This document shows positions 1-8,825 of a DNA stretch of 64,000 nt, piece after piece; position 1 is the stretch's first letter, and every line of letters starts with the position of its first letter. The notes beneath the pieces are model-generated. The model did not search any database. It was given only the letters and a program-made list of their open reading frames with translations, and was not told where the DNA came from. This DNA is from Candidatus Peribacteria bacterium RIFCSPLOWO2_12_FULL_55_15 (GTDB lineage: Bacteria > Patescibacteriota > Gracilibacteria > Peribacterales > Peribacteraceae): positions 13,341-77,340 of the forward strand of contig MFYG01000021.1 of assembly GCA_001789045.1 (NCBI GenBank), read 5' to 3'. A program made the translations under genes and the position numbers.

Positions 1-1
1 G

Positions 2-610
2 GTTGATGTCGGTTCCGGATGCACGAGCGTGACGGTTTTTGAGGAAGGAACCATTCTTCATTCCATCTGTCTTCCTGTTGGGGGTGAGAACGTCACGAAT
101 GACATTGCCATTGGTCTTAGGACATCTGTAGAGACGGCTGAGCGCTTGAAAATTGAATTTGGCTCGGTGTTGCCGCAGGAGATTGGTGAACGGGAGATGA
201 TAGATCTTTCCTCTATCAGTCGTGTCGACACACAGACTGTGAGTAAGCGGTATCTTGCGGAAATTATGCAGGCGCGGTATTACGAGATTTTCTCTCTTGT
301 GAAGGGAGAGCTCGATCGCGTGGGGCGTGCGGGAATGCTGCCTGCAGGTGTGGTACTGACCGGAGCTGCGGCAAAAGCGCCAGGTGTGCTTGACCTTGCC
401 CGCGATACGCTGGGGCTTCCTGTACAGATGGGATTCCCTGTGGAGGTGGGGGGTGTTATTGAGAAAGTGGATGATCCTGCGTATGCCACCGTGCTTGGGG
501 CTTTGGTGTGGGGGCTCCGTGATGGGAGCAATCCTTCGCGGAGCGGCGTGCTCCATGTCCGTCGTGCTCTCCAGCATGTTGGTGGATGGTTCAAGAGTTT
601 ACTTCCCTAG
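2..610 (+). CDS. ftsA: Cell division protein FtsA, C-terminal part (5' end lies outside the window)
   Basis: The frame is open from the window edge (VDVGSGCTSVTVFEEG...). Actin-fold ATPase motifs are present (GGENVTNDIA, VVLTGAAAKAPG). It sits directly upstream of ftsZ. Confidence 0.9.
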   Translation, partial: VDVGSGCTSVTVFEEGTILHSICLPVGGENVTNDIAIGLRTSVETAERLKIEFGSVLPQEIGEREMIDLSSISRVDTQTVSKRYLAEIMQARYYEIFSLVKGELDRVGRAGMLPAGVVLTGAAAKAPGVLDLARDTLGLPVQMGFPVEVGGVIEKVDDPAYATVLGALVWGLRDGSNPSRSGVLHVRRALQHVGGWFKSLLP

Positions 611-644
611 TCTTTTTTTCCTCGTGTCTTTTTCCCTTTCTCCC

Positions 645-1883
645 ATGTCCGACGCCTTCCGCTCACTCTTTTCTTCCTCTCGATCTACGCCGCTTCATCC
701 AGCACAACCGGAGTCCACGGATTCCAGGGAAGTGCGTCCGGATATGTTGCCGGGAGCGGTGATCCGCGTTCTCGGAGTCGGAGGCGGTGGATGTAATGCT
801 GTTGCACGCATGGTGAATGGGAAGGTGCCGGGTGTGGAGTTTATCGCAGTGAATACCGATGTTCAGGCGCTCTATCACAGTCCGGCTCCTCGGAAGATTA
901 CGATCGGTCGTGGGACAACGCGAGGACTGGGTGCGGGGGCGAATCCCGAAATTGGCAAGCGTTCTGCGGAGGAAAGTACCGAAGAGATTAAGGCTGCTCT
1001 CGATGGGACTGATATGCTTTTCATCACAGCTGGACTCGGTGGTGGGACAGGGGGAGGAGGCGCTCCTATCATGGCGGAACTCGCACGCAGCATGGGTATT
1101 CTTACCGTTGCGGTGGTGACGAAGCCGTTCAATTTCGAAGGATTTCGTCGGAGGAAGCAGGCAGAGGATGCATTAGAGAACCTCAAGGGGAAAGTCGATA
1201 CCCTCATTACTATTCCGAATGACAAGATTCTTTCCCTTATCGATAAGACGACACCACTGACGGAGGCATTTGAGATTGTCGATGAAGTGCTCCAACATGC
1301 CATCGAAGGCATTAGTAGTCTCATTACACAGCATGGTCTCGTGAACGTCGATTTTGCCGATGTGAAGGCCATCATGCAGGATGCCGGGACCGCGCTCATG
1401 GGGATTGGGTATGGCACGGGGGATAGTAGGGCTGCGGAAGCTGCTCGTGCTGCGGTGGAGAGCCCCCTCCTTGAGCTCTCGATTGGTGGTGCGACGGGAA
1501 TTCTCTTCAATATTACCGGTGGCAATGATCTCTCGATGTTTGAGGTGGATGAGGCTGCGCGTGTCATTACGGAGAACGCTGCTCCGGAGGCGAATATCAT
1601 TTTTGGAGCGGTCATCGATGAGAGTTACACGGGTCAGGTGAAGTGCACGGTGATTGCGACTGGGTTTGATTCAGCGCCTCTCTCACCTGTTTCCACAAGT
1701 CCGGCAACATCTGCACAGCGTTTTGTGAAGAATGGTTTTCATGGGAAAATTCCCCAAATGCCGCCACTGAGAGAGGAGAAGCCCGTGGAAAATGGGAAGA
1801 GGAATCTTCCGATTAGTGAGGAGGAGTTGGAGGTGCCGGCGTTTATGAGGAAGAAGATTGAAGGCGTGGGAGGGAAACTTTGA
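645..1883 (+). CDS. ftsZ: Cell division GTPase FtsZ
   Basis: VLGVGGGGCNAV and the tubulin signature TAGLGGGTGGG are present, with NTD.Q and an FtsZ C-terminal tail. I chose the ATG at 645 because the ORF-track start at 384 would overlap ftsA. It ends with TGA. Confidence 0.93.
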   Translation: MSDAFRSLFSSSRSTPLHPAQPESTDSREVRPDMLPGAVIRVLGVGGGGCNAVARMVNGKVPGVEFIAVNTDVQALYHSPAPRKITIGRGTTRGLGAGANPEIGKRSAEESTEEIKAALDGTDMLFITAGLGGGTGGGGAPIMAELARSMGILTVAVVTKPFNFEGFRRRKQAEDALENLKGKVDTLITIPNDKILSLIDKTTPLTEAFEIVDEVLQHAIEGISSLITQHGLVNVDFADVKAIMQDAGTALMGIGYGTGDSRAAEAARAAVESPLLELSIGGATGILFNITGGNDLSMFEVDEAARVITENAAPEANIIFGAVIDESYTGQVKCTVIATGFDSAPLSPVSTSPATSAQRFVKNGFHGKIPQMPPLREEKPVENGKRNLPISEEELEVPAFMRKKIEGVGGKL

Positions 1884-2328
1884 GCTCAGGGTGACACGTC
1901 TTTGTCCCTGTTGACCCGAACCCTCCTCGCGTCTTTGCCCCAATCGTTGTTTCTACCCATTCCGCCTGTTCGCATTTCACGAATATTCCCTGCGCGATCC
2001 GCTCGCCGCGCTCGACGGTGACTGGGGCTTCGCCGAAGTTATAGACCTGGATCATGATTTCATCCTTTGGTCCGCAGTAGTCCTGGTCAATGATGCCGAT
2101 CGAGTGTGGGAACATCAGGGTCTTCTTCCGTGGGAGGCTTGATCGTGGGGCAATAAGGAGGGCATAGCCTTTGGGAGTCTCAATGATGACGTTTCCGGGA
2201 ATAAGCCCGAGAGTTTTTGGTGGAATCACCGTCGTCTCCCTCGTCACAAAATCGAATGCCACCGCTCCCGCTGTTTCGTAGGTGGGGAGGGGGAGACTTT
2301 GGTCGTGGCGGCGGATTGGGATTTGCAC
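1843..2328 (-). CDS. dut: dUTP diphosphatase (trimeric dUTPase)
   Basis: Motifs SIGIIDQDYCGP, ERGERIAQ and RGGFGSTG are present. Its 3' end overlaps the ftsZ 3' end by about 40 nt (convergent). Confidence 0.85.
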   Translation of the reverse strand: MQIPIRRHDQSLPLPTYETAGAVAFDFVTRETTVIPPKTLGLIPGNVIIETPKGYALLIAPRSSLPRKKTLMFPHSIGIIDQDYCGPKDEIMIQVYNFGEAPVTVERGERIAQGIFVKCEQAEWVETTIGAKTRGGFGSTGTKTCHPELKVSLPRLQSSSS

Positions 2329-2378
2329 AAGGCGATAATACCTCAGAGAGACGGATCATGGGGCGGAGGAGAGAAGGG

Positions 2379-4691
2379 TCATAGACTCATGCCGATGGCT
2401 CTGAGGTTTTGTTCTTTCACTTGGTTATCTCTCTCTCCGATCCGATCTCTGATATCCCCAGTTGTGATAATGTTTAAATCGATGAGATAATGGAAGTTTT
2501 TGAGTTCTGTTCCAAGGAGTGCTTGGACCTTCGTGTGTGTGAGAATCTGGGCAATGATTGGTTCTGTCCATCGCTTGCGCATTTCTCCGATGAAGGTTGC
2601 GCGGGCTGTCTGTGGCAGACGGGTATACGATTCATGTAGCTGCCGGAGTAATCCGTTTACAACAGCTGCTGTAGGGAGTTTTCCATTCGTGTCGGGACGC
2701 AAGAGGTTGACAAAGTGGGCGGGAGGGACCAGGAAGAGCTCGCTGATGGTATTTCCGTAATCCGAATCGATTTTCGTGAGATCTACTGTTGCTGAATATT
2801 TCTCTTCGTATGCCTCTTCTATAGATTCACGGTATTTCACAAATTCCTCTATTGTGGGGTCGTAGATAGTGATCGCCCCGCCGGTTTGCGTGTGGACAGT
2901 ATTTGTCCCGAAGAGCTTGGCAATGGCGTAATCTAGGCGGTCTTCTGCCGAGGGACCGACGACATCTTTCCCATCTTTGTTTTTGTCCTGTTCATCAATG
3001 CGGAGGCCACCCCCCGCTCGTATGAGTTGCTCTGCTTTCCGAAAAGCTTTTTCGATGACGTGCTCTGCACCCATGGTGCCTTCCCTGGCACGTCTTATGT
3101 ATTCGGTACTCATGAATTTGAGAGTGGAGAGGAGGTGGCTCTGTGGGGCTGAACACTGTGGATCGAATATAAGACCACCGAATGATTTCAACACTGGTTC
3201 GGTGAGGTATGGGTGCTGTCCTGGCTGGAGTGCTCTAATGAGTTTTACTGCTGCCCATGTGGGAGTGTGGCCTAAATCTCCTTTGATGATGGCGCGTTTT
3301 ACAATGCCTCGTACGAAGTGGTATTCGTATTTTTCTAAGTGTGTCTGGATGTGGGGAATCATGTCCCATGCCTGTCCCTTTGCGCTTGCAAATGCAAAGC
3401 CTTCCTCTTCCTGTTTCTTCCCCGCCTGTTCGTTGCGCACTTCTATGGTGCGCCAGAATTCTTCATTCTGCATAGGAGTCCAATGGACGGGGAGTTTGAT
3501 GTTTTCGCCAATGTTTTTTCCGAAGCACGTTGCTGTTCCATGACTGCCTGTTTTCAGATTGTAGAGGGCACCTCGGCTCGACATGACATTGAGCCAGGCA
3601 CGGATTCGTGCTGGGCTAAAGCTCGAGCCTCTTTCTTGGAAGAGAGTAATGAGTTCTTTCGTTCCTGTTCGTTCAAATTCTCCATTCTCTGTCTTCATTT
3701 CTTTTTCTTCATTTTCCTCGAGATTTTGACGGAGCGTTCGTTGGAATTCATCATCGGGGATGAATCGTGCTGCTCCGTATGCCATGGATGCAGCACGGCG
3801 TTCTTTCTGTGTTTCCCATTTCCTTTTGTATGCTTCCCAGATTTTCTTCAGGGCAGCGGGAATAGCGAGGATTGTCATCGTGTTCTCCCACCCTTCTTTC
3901 AGGAAGCCTATTGGAGAGAAAATTTGTTTCATTTCATCCCAGTACGCCTTATTTTCTTCTTCGAATCCTTTGCGCATTTCTTGCACAGCTTTAAGGACGG
4001 GGTCGAGATATTCTGCGTATTTTTTCAGTTCTTCCTGAATCTGGGCCAACTTTATCTTTGCATTGACAGTCAGGCTGAGCTTTTTGATGATTTTCTCCTT
4101 TTCCTTCCCAAATTCTTCATCGTCTGGGTCTGTGTTGCGCCATTTGGTATCGATGTCGGGATATTGCTCTTTGATGCTTTGGAGTTCCTGTTCTAGATTC
4201 TGATGCATGGTGTCCATGGCGTGATCATCTTCGTGAAGAATGCGCATCCAGTGAGCGAAATCTCCTGGGGGGAGGTCTCCATTTTGGAATCGCTCGATGG
4301 TGTCAGCCTCGTTTTCCAAATGGGAGACGACATCGCGCTCGTGATAACAGTATGCGGCGATGTCTCTCACCTGATCCGCGATATCCACGCGGTCTTTATT
4401 TTGCTTATCCTTGGATTTTTTCCGTTCGCTCTTCTGGATTCCATCGAGCGCTTTCACAAAGCCACGATGGTCGATGAGGCGGAGGGCCTCATCCATCATT
4501 TCCCGGAGAGCTCTTGCTTTCGCGTAGAGGGATTCCTTCTGCTCTGGTTTCTGGAGCGTGCGTTCGGCATCTGTTCGCGTTACTTCCGTCACGATACCGG
4601 GTTGTGGTCCCACTTCTGTGGGGGGGTCCTCGGGATTGAGCTCGCCACTTCCTATATCTTCTGATGGTGGTGTTGGTCCTGTCTTCGTCAT
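2379..4691 (-). CDS. Large hypothetical protein (770 aa), charged and coiled-coil-rich N-terminal half, no motif recognised
   Basis: This is a long intact ORF with the same compositional character as its neighbours. Its start lies 1 nt downstream of the upstream gene's stop, which suggests an operon with 4693..5166 and dut. Confidence 0.6.
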   Translation of the reverse strand: MTKTGPTPPSEDIGSGELNPEDPPTEVGPQPGIVTEVTRTDAERTLQKPEQKESLYAKARALREMMDEALRLIDHRGFVKALDGIQKSERKKSKDKQNKDRVDIADQVRDIAAYCYHERDVVSHLENEADTIERFQNGDLPPGDFAHWMRILHEDDHAMDTMHQNLEQELQSIKEQYPDIDTKWRNTDPDDEEFGKEKEKIIKKLSLTVNAKIKLAQIQEELKKYAEYLDPVLKAVQEMRKGFEEENKAYWDEMKQIFSPIGFLKEGWENTMTILAIPAALKKIWEAYKRKWETQKERRAASMAYGAARFIPDDEFQRTLRQNLEENEEKEMKTENGEFERTGTKELITLFQERGSSFSPARIRAWLNVMSSRGALYNLKTGSHGTATCFGKNIGENIKLPVHWTPMQNEEFWRTIEVRNEQAGKKQEEEGFAFASAKGQAWDMIPHIQTHLEKYEYHFVRGIVKRAIIKGDLGHTPTWAAVKLIRALQPGQHPYLTEPVLKSFGGLIFDPQCSAPQSHLLSTLKFMSTEYIRRAREGTMGAEHVIEKAFRKAEQLIRAGGGLRIDEQDKNKDGKDVVGPSAEDRLDYAIAKLFGTNTVHTQTGGAITIYDPTIEEFVKYRESIEEAYEEKYSATVDLTKIDSDYGNTISELFLVPPAHFVNLLRPDTNGKLPTAAVVNGLLRQLHESYTRLPQTARATFIGEMRKRWTEPIIAQILTHTKVQALLGTELKNFHYLIDLNIITTGDIRDRIGERDNQVKEQNLRAIGMSL

Positions 4692-4692
4692 A

Positions 4693-5166
4693 TTAGAGTT
4701 TACATATTCTTATAATACTGTCAATGAACCACTCCCCGCGGTCGGAGAGTTCCGGAATGAATCTCGCAATCTGCAGTCGGATAGCAGTTGCATCGGTGTC
4801 CCCCGTTTGGATTTTCACCGTTTTCTGTTGCTTCCCTTCAAAAAACTCGATGTGGAGTTCGGTGTAGAAGGGGGTAGGAACCAGCCAAAATCCCGTACAG
4901 TTATCCCAGCGGATGATGGTGCCCTCGAAGAGGAAGCCTTGGAGAAAGATTTCGATTCGCTTTTCTGGTGGAATGTGGTCGTGTAGGAGGGGATAGAGGA
5001 GACCGCAGAGGAGCATGAGGAGGGAGAATATCCAGTTCTCTGTGTAGGCGCCGTAGCTTGCGAAACTTAGGATAATGATGAAGAACACGACGTACCAACG
5101 CATTGTCCGGTTGTGTTTCGGGTGAGATGGGGCGCTCCAACTGAGGATGGGTGTGAGTTTTTCCAT
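4693..5166 (-). CDS. Small membrane protein (two N-terminal TM helices plus a soluble C-terminal domain)
   Basis: Hydrophobic stretches WYVVFFIIILSFASYGAY and WIFSLLMLLCGLLYPLL are present. It is tightly coupled to the 770-aa ORF. Confidence 0.55.
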   Translation of the reverse strand: MEKLTPILSWSAPSHPKHNRTMRWYVVFFIIILSFASYGAYTENWIFSLLMLLCGLLYPLLHDHIPPEKRIEIFLQGFLFEGTIIRWDNCTGFWLVPTPFYTELHIEFFEGKQQKTVKIQTGDTDATAIRLQIARFIPELSDRGEWFIDSIIRICKL

Positions 5167-5237
5167 AAATCTTGTAATTGTAGCATAATGTCTGCATATT
5201 TACTTCTGTTCATGTGTTGCATGAATGTGAGAATTAT

Positions 5238-5314
5238 GGGCAATTAGCTCAGCTGGTTAGAGCGCCACATTGACATTGTGGAGGTCAGTGGTTCGAGTCC
5301 ACTATTGCCCACCA
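5238..5314 (+). tRNA. tRNA-Val (anticodon GAC), CCA encoded
   Basis: Cloverleaf folded by hand: acceptor GGGCAAT/ATTGCCC, D arm GCTC..GAGC, anticodon stem CCACA/TGTGG with loop TTGACAT, T arm AGTGG-TTCGAGT-CCACT. Length 77 nt. Confidence 0.9.
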
Positions 5315-5341
5315 TTCGACTCTGCCCTTTGGGCATTGCTC

Positions 5342-5965
5342 ATGGCAAGCTATTTCAATATTGACGGCATACTGGCGCAGATTTTTCCTCGTCGTCTTCC
5401 TTCGGAGCGCGAGCTTCTTACATGTATCGATCCTATTCGTCTTGAGGGATTGGCGCTCCGCAGGAGGGGTATCACGTCGCTCGATCGCCTGGTGGCCGCA
5501 GCTTCGTATCGAGAAGCGGGTATACGGCAGATGGTGCATGTTTTCAAATACTCCCGCATGCGGGAGTATTCGCATGATCTCGTCGCCTGCCTTCTCCCCT
5601 GTTTCCGTCTTTTGTCTCATACTCCGCCTCCCGTCCTTTGCCCGGTGCCGCTGCACTGGATGCGGCTGATGTTCCGTGGTTTCAACCAAGCTGCAGACCT
5701 TGCGGCGATCATCGCGAAAGAAAAAGAATGGCAGGTACAGGCGCTTCTTCGACGTATTCGATCGAGTCCTGCCCAGGTTGGTCTTTCGACCATTTTCCGT
5801 CGTCAGAATGTGCATGGGATTTTTCGATGTATTGGAAAGTCGTCTCCCTATGTACTCCTCATCGATGATGTCGCAACGACGGGGGCGACTCTCGATGCAT
5901 GCGCACGTGTACTTAAAGATGCTGGGGTGAAGCGAGTCGAAGGATTGGTGGTGGCATTAGGGTGA
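5342..5965 (+). CDS. comF: ComF-family phosphoribosyltransferase-domain protein
   Basis: C-terminal PRTase motif LLIDDVATTGATL is present, along with RGFNQA. I chose the ATG at 5342 because the track start at 5270 lies inside tRNA-Val. Confidence 0.8.
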   Translation: MASYFNIDGILAQIFPRRLPSERELLTCIDPIRLEGLALRRRGITSLDRLVAAASYREAGIRQMVHVFKYSRMREYSHDLVACLLPCFRLLSHTPPPVLCPVPLHWMRLMFRGFNQAADLAAIIAKEKEWQVQALLRRIRSSPAQVGLSTIFRRQNVHGIFRCIGKSSPYVLLIDDVATTGATLDACARVLKDAGVKRVEGLVVALG

Positions 5966-5969
5966 TGGA

Positions 5970-6096
5970 CTCCCCCGCCTGGGGAGGGAATGTTTGCCAT
6001 CCAGTACTGTCTAAGGTGCGAACATTCCCTAGAAATTACGAACTAAAAACTACAAACTGCAACGCGATCTCTGTGGAAAACTTTTCTGTTTTCCAC
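5970..6096 (+). other. Structured intergenic region with three hairpins and a degenerate 7-nt periodic tract
   Basis: CTCCCC-5nt-GGGGAG (5970-5986). GGGAATGTT-26nt-AACATTCCC (5986-6029). AATTACG AACTAAA AACTACA AACTGCA (6034-6061). A perfect 9-bp hairpin GTGGAAAAC-ttttct-GTTTTCCAC (6073-6096). Confidence 0.6.
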
Positions 6097-6118
6097 CGTA
6101 TTGGTAGGATGCGGCCAT

Positions 6119-7240
6119 ATGCTTCCTGTTGTTGCCACACTTGCTTTTATTCTTCTCCTCACGGGTCTCATTTTGATCCACGAGGTTGGGCATTTCCTTG
6201 TGGCCCGTCTCTCTGGTGTCAAAGTTGAGGAGTTTGGTTTTGGCCTTCCTCCGCGTATTTTTACACTTTTCCATTGGCGGGGGACGCGTTTCACATTAAA
6301 CTCGATTCCTGTGGGAGGGTTCGTTCGTCTTAAGGGGGAGGGTGCTGTGACATCATCGGCACGAATGGCCAAAGGGAGTTTTGCGCGCGCAGGCGTTCTC
6401 CGTCGTTCAGCTATTCTCCTCGCTGGGGTAGGCATGAATTTTTTTCTTGCTTTTCTTATTTTTGTCATTGGGTTTTCCGTGGGCGGGTGGGTCCCGACGT
6501 ACCGAACCGTTTCAGAACTCAATGCTGCCCGTGAGCGCGGCGATATACAGTTCACTCCGAGTGTGGTTATTGAAGATGTTGTGGCTGGCGCGGGTGCGGA
6601 CAGAGCAGGTGTTCTGCGGCAGAGCATCCTTCTGAAGGTAGGTTCTGTTCTTGTCTATTCGCCGGACGATGTTGTCAGGGAGCAGATGGGCAAACAACAG
6701 GTGCTCTACACCCTTCTCATTGGATTTCCACATGAACAGGAGAGCGCTGTTTTGGTCAGAGTGCAGGATGGGAAAACGGGTGTGCTCCTTCGCTCGGTTC
6801 CGCGCGATCTCATTACCCGACCTCGTTCAATTGTCGCGTCGTCGGTTCTTGCCTTGCGTGAGTCCTGGGTTGTTATGGTACAGACGGTGCGTGGGATGGG
6901 GGCGCTTTTCCTTTCCGTGCTTCGGTCTGCGTCTGTTCCAAAGGAAGTGACTGGCATTATTGGCATTGCGCATTTGACCTATGCTTCTGTGCAGGAAGGT
7001 GTCGGGACATATCTTCGTCTTGTCGCACTTTTAAGTTTGAGTCTTGCTGCATTAAATGTTCTCCCGTTTCCCGCTCTGGATGGGGGGCGCCTCCTCTTCG
7101 TGTTTTTGGAATGCTTTTGGCGGAAGCCTCAAAGTCGGCGTATTGAGCTCACTATCAATATGGTGGGTTTTAGTGTGCTTATCGGTCTTATTGTTCTCGT
7201 GACGTTCTATGATGTCCTGCGCCTCTTCATTGTCTCATAG
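6119..7240 (+). CDS. rseP: Site-2 (M50) zinc metalloprotease RseP/YluC family
   Basis: HEVGHFLVA (HExxH), a PDZ-like middle region and NVLPFPALDGG (the LDG motif) are present. The start is uncertain: TTG 6101 or ATG 6119. Confidence 0.85.
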   Translation: MLPVVATLAFILLLTGLILIHEVGHFLVARLSGVKVEEFGFGLPPRIFTLFHWRGTRFTLNSIPVGGFVRLKGEGAVTSSARMAKGSFARAGVLRRSAILLAGVGMNFFLAFLIFVIGFSVGGWVPTYRTVSELNAARERGDIQFTPSVVIEDVVAGAGADRAGVLRQSILLKVGSVLVYSPDDVVREQMGKQQVLYTLLIGFPHEQESAVLVRVQDGKTGVLLRSVPRDLITRPRSIVASSVLALRESWVVMVQTVRGMGALFLSVLRSASVPKEVTGIIGIAHLTYASVQEGVGTYLRLVALLSLSLAALNVLPFPALDGGRLLFVFLECFWRKPQSRRIELTINMVGFSVLIGLIVLVTFYDVLRLFIVS

Positions 7241-8678
7241 TGCGCTCGTCCCGTCCGTAGTCCAAAAGGATTTCCGCGAGCTTTGGATTGATATTCTTCG
7301 CTTTGTTGAGCAGAAAATTCCGCGTACGCAGTTCATTACCTGGTTCCGGGATACCATGATTCTTGGAGAGGAGGAAGGGACGCTCATTGTGGGGCTTCCT
7401 CTTCCGATGTCTCTCAATTGGCACCTCGAGCACTATCGGGCAGTCACACTGCAGGCTGCACAAGCGATCCATTCGTCCATTGAACAAGTGGTGTATAAGG
7501 TGGATGTCGGGTTGAAAGATAATCCATCGCGTGCGATTGATCTTCTTCATCATTTTCCAGAGCAGAAGCGTCGCAAAGTTTCCGGAAGGCAAGAGGTGCG
7601 TCTCGCTGAGGGGATTGTCAGTAAAATTCTTAATCCACTCTACACGCTGGAGAATTTTGTCGTTGGAGCGAATAGTCGTCTTGCCTACGCTGCATCGCAA
7701 GCAGTGGCGACACAGCCTGGAGGGCGTTATAACCCCTTATTTGTCTATGGCGGCGTTGGACTTGGAAAAACGCACCTTTTGCAGGCTACAGGCAATGCCA
7801 TTCTCCGGCAGCGTCCGACCGCAATGGTGGTCTATACCACGACGGAGGATTTTACCAATCATGTCATCGAGGCAATTCAGCACCAGAAGATGGAACAGTT
7901 CCGGCGGCGGTATCGCGTCGTCGATGTTCTCATCATTGATGATGTGCAGTTTCTTGCGAACAAAGAGCGGACGCAGGAGGAGTTTTTCCACACGTTCAAT
8001 GCGCTCTATGAGGAACATAAACAGATCATTATCTCTGCGGATCGTCCGCCACAGGAACTGCAGTTGGAAGATCGTCTTACGTCACGCTTTGCGCGTGGCA
8101 TGATTGCGGATATTTCTGTGCCGGATTACGAGACACGTCTTGCGATTTTAGTGGAGAAGGCGCAGGAGTATGAGCTCTTCATCGATCGTGCTGTTCTCGC
8201 GTTCATCGCGGAGCATGTAACACAGAACGTGCGGGAACTGGAGGGGATTTTGATGCAGGCTGTTGCGCAGTACGAGTTGGAGCAATGCATGCCGACGATT
8301 AAGAGCATTGCGGATATCATGCGCAAACTCAATCATGATCCCCATGCCTCTGAGGATCAGGTAGGGTTCGAGTATCCGAAGCAGCGGAGTGCGACGTTCC
8401 AGGATGTCCTGGAAGCCGTCAGTCGGTATTACTCGGTATCCGTGCAGGATATGCTTGGCGCATCGCGTGTCCGTGAAATTCTCCTTCCGCGTCAGATTGT
8501 GATGTTCCTTTTAAAGAAATATCTCCGCACGAGCTATGTCCGTATTGGAGAAATCTTCAGTAATCGGGACCATACGACGGTGATGAATTCGTACAACAAG
8601 ATCGAAGAGATGCTGCAGAATGATCATCAACTCCTTAGAGAGATGCGGGCACTGGAGAAGGAAATGGATTTCGTGTAA
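7209..8678 (+). CDS. dnaA: Chromosomal replication initiator DnaA
   Basis: N-terminal domain (WIDILRFVEQKIPRTQFITWF), AAA+ Walker A GGVGLGKTHLL, Walker B LIIDDVQF, and a C-terminal DNA-binding domain (GEIFSNRDHTTVMNS). Its 5' end overlaps the rseP stop by about 30 nt. Confidence 0.93.
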   Translation: MMSCASSLSHSALVPSVVQKDFRELWIDILRFVEQKIPRTQFITWFRDTMILGEEEGTLIVGLPLPMSLNWHLEHYRAVTLQAAQAIHSSIEQVVYKVDVGLKDNPSRAIDLLHHFPEQKRRKVSGRQEVRLAEGIVSKILNPLYTLENFVVGANSRLAYAASQAVATQPGGRYNPLFVYGGVGLGKTHLLQATGNAILRQRPTAMVVYTTTEDFTNHVIEAIQHQKMEQFRRRYRVVDVLIIDDVQFLANKERTQEEFFHTFNALYEEHKQIIISADRPPQELQLEDRLTSRFARGMIADISVPDYETRLAILVEKAQEYELFIDRAVLAFIAEHVTQNVRELEGILMQAVAQYELEQCMPTIKSIADIMRKLNHDPHASEDQVGFEYPKQRSATFQDVLEAVSRYYSVSVQDMLGASRVREILLPRQIVMFLLKKYLRTSYVRIGEIFSNRDHTTVMNSYNKIEEMLQNDHQLLREMRALEKEMDFV

Positions 8679-8705
8679 TTCGTGGTGGAAACCTAGGAAA
8701 AAGCC

Positions 8706-8786
8706 GATGTGTCATGGTGAGCGTAGACGAACCATCACATCGGCAAGCCAGTGTGTCGCCCTTCGACTACGCTCAGGGTGACACAC
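8706..8786. repeat. Two inverted copies of a conserved-loop hairpin element (8706-8741 and 8751-8786)
   Basis: Unit 1 is GATGTGTCATGG-TGAGCGTAGACGAA-CCATCACATC. The reverse complement of unit 2 is GTGTGTCACCC-TGAGCGTAGTCGAA-GGGCGACACAC. The loop is the same, and the stems differ but stay complementary. Confidence 0.7.
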
Positions 8787-8825
8787 TTCTGTTTCTTCAA
8801 AAGGCTTTCTGCTACCCTTCCTGCG

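Noticed and set aside
384-644. Upstream extensions of track ORFs: ftsZ from 384, comF from 5270, thrS from 8751, corA from 12418, ORF 22827 before 23241, xer from 45842, rluD from 48406, PBP from 52201, rpsT from 56546, recA from 59302 and mraY from 61774.
   Set aside because: The extensions overlap the preceding gene, a tRNA or a repeat, and they encode no family-typical sequence. Internal ATGs restore canonical N-termini.
875-1615. 246-aa ORF antisense to ftsZ. The same applies to 13584..14726 antisense to eno, 22133..23044 antisense to the wHTH gene and rplS, 33971..34696 and 34618..35601 antisense to gap and the protease, and 43319..44110 antisense to pgk.
   Set aside because: Each lies entirely opposite a gene with unmistakable conserved motifs. 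Their products are Arg/Ser/Pro-rich low-complexity sequences, typical of the reverse frame of GC-rich coding DNA.
8679-8825. T-box leader upstream of thrS
   Set aside because: The spacer is only 147 nt and is filled by the two hairpin-repeat units. There is no T-box sequence and no specifier-loop architecture.
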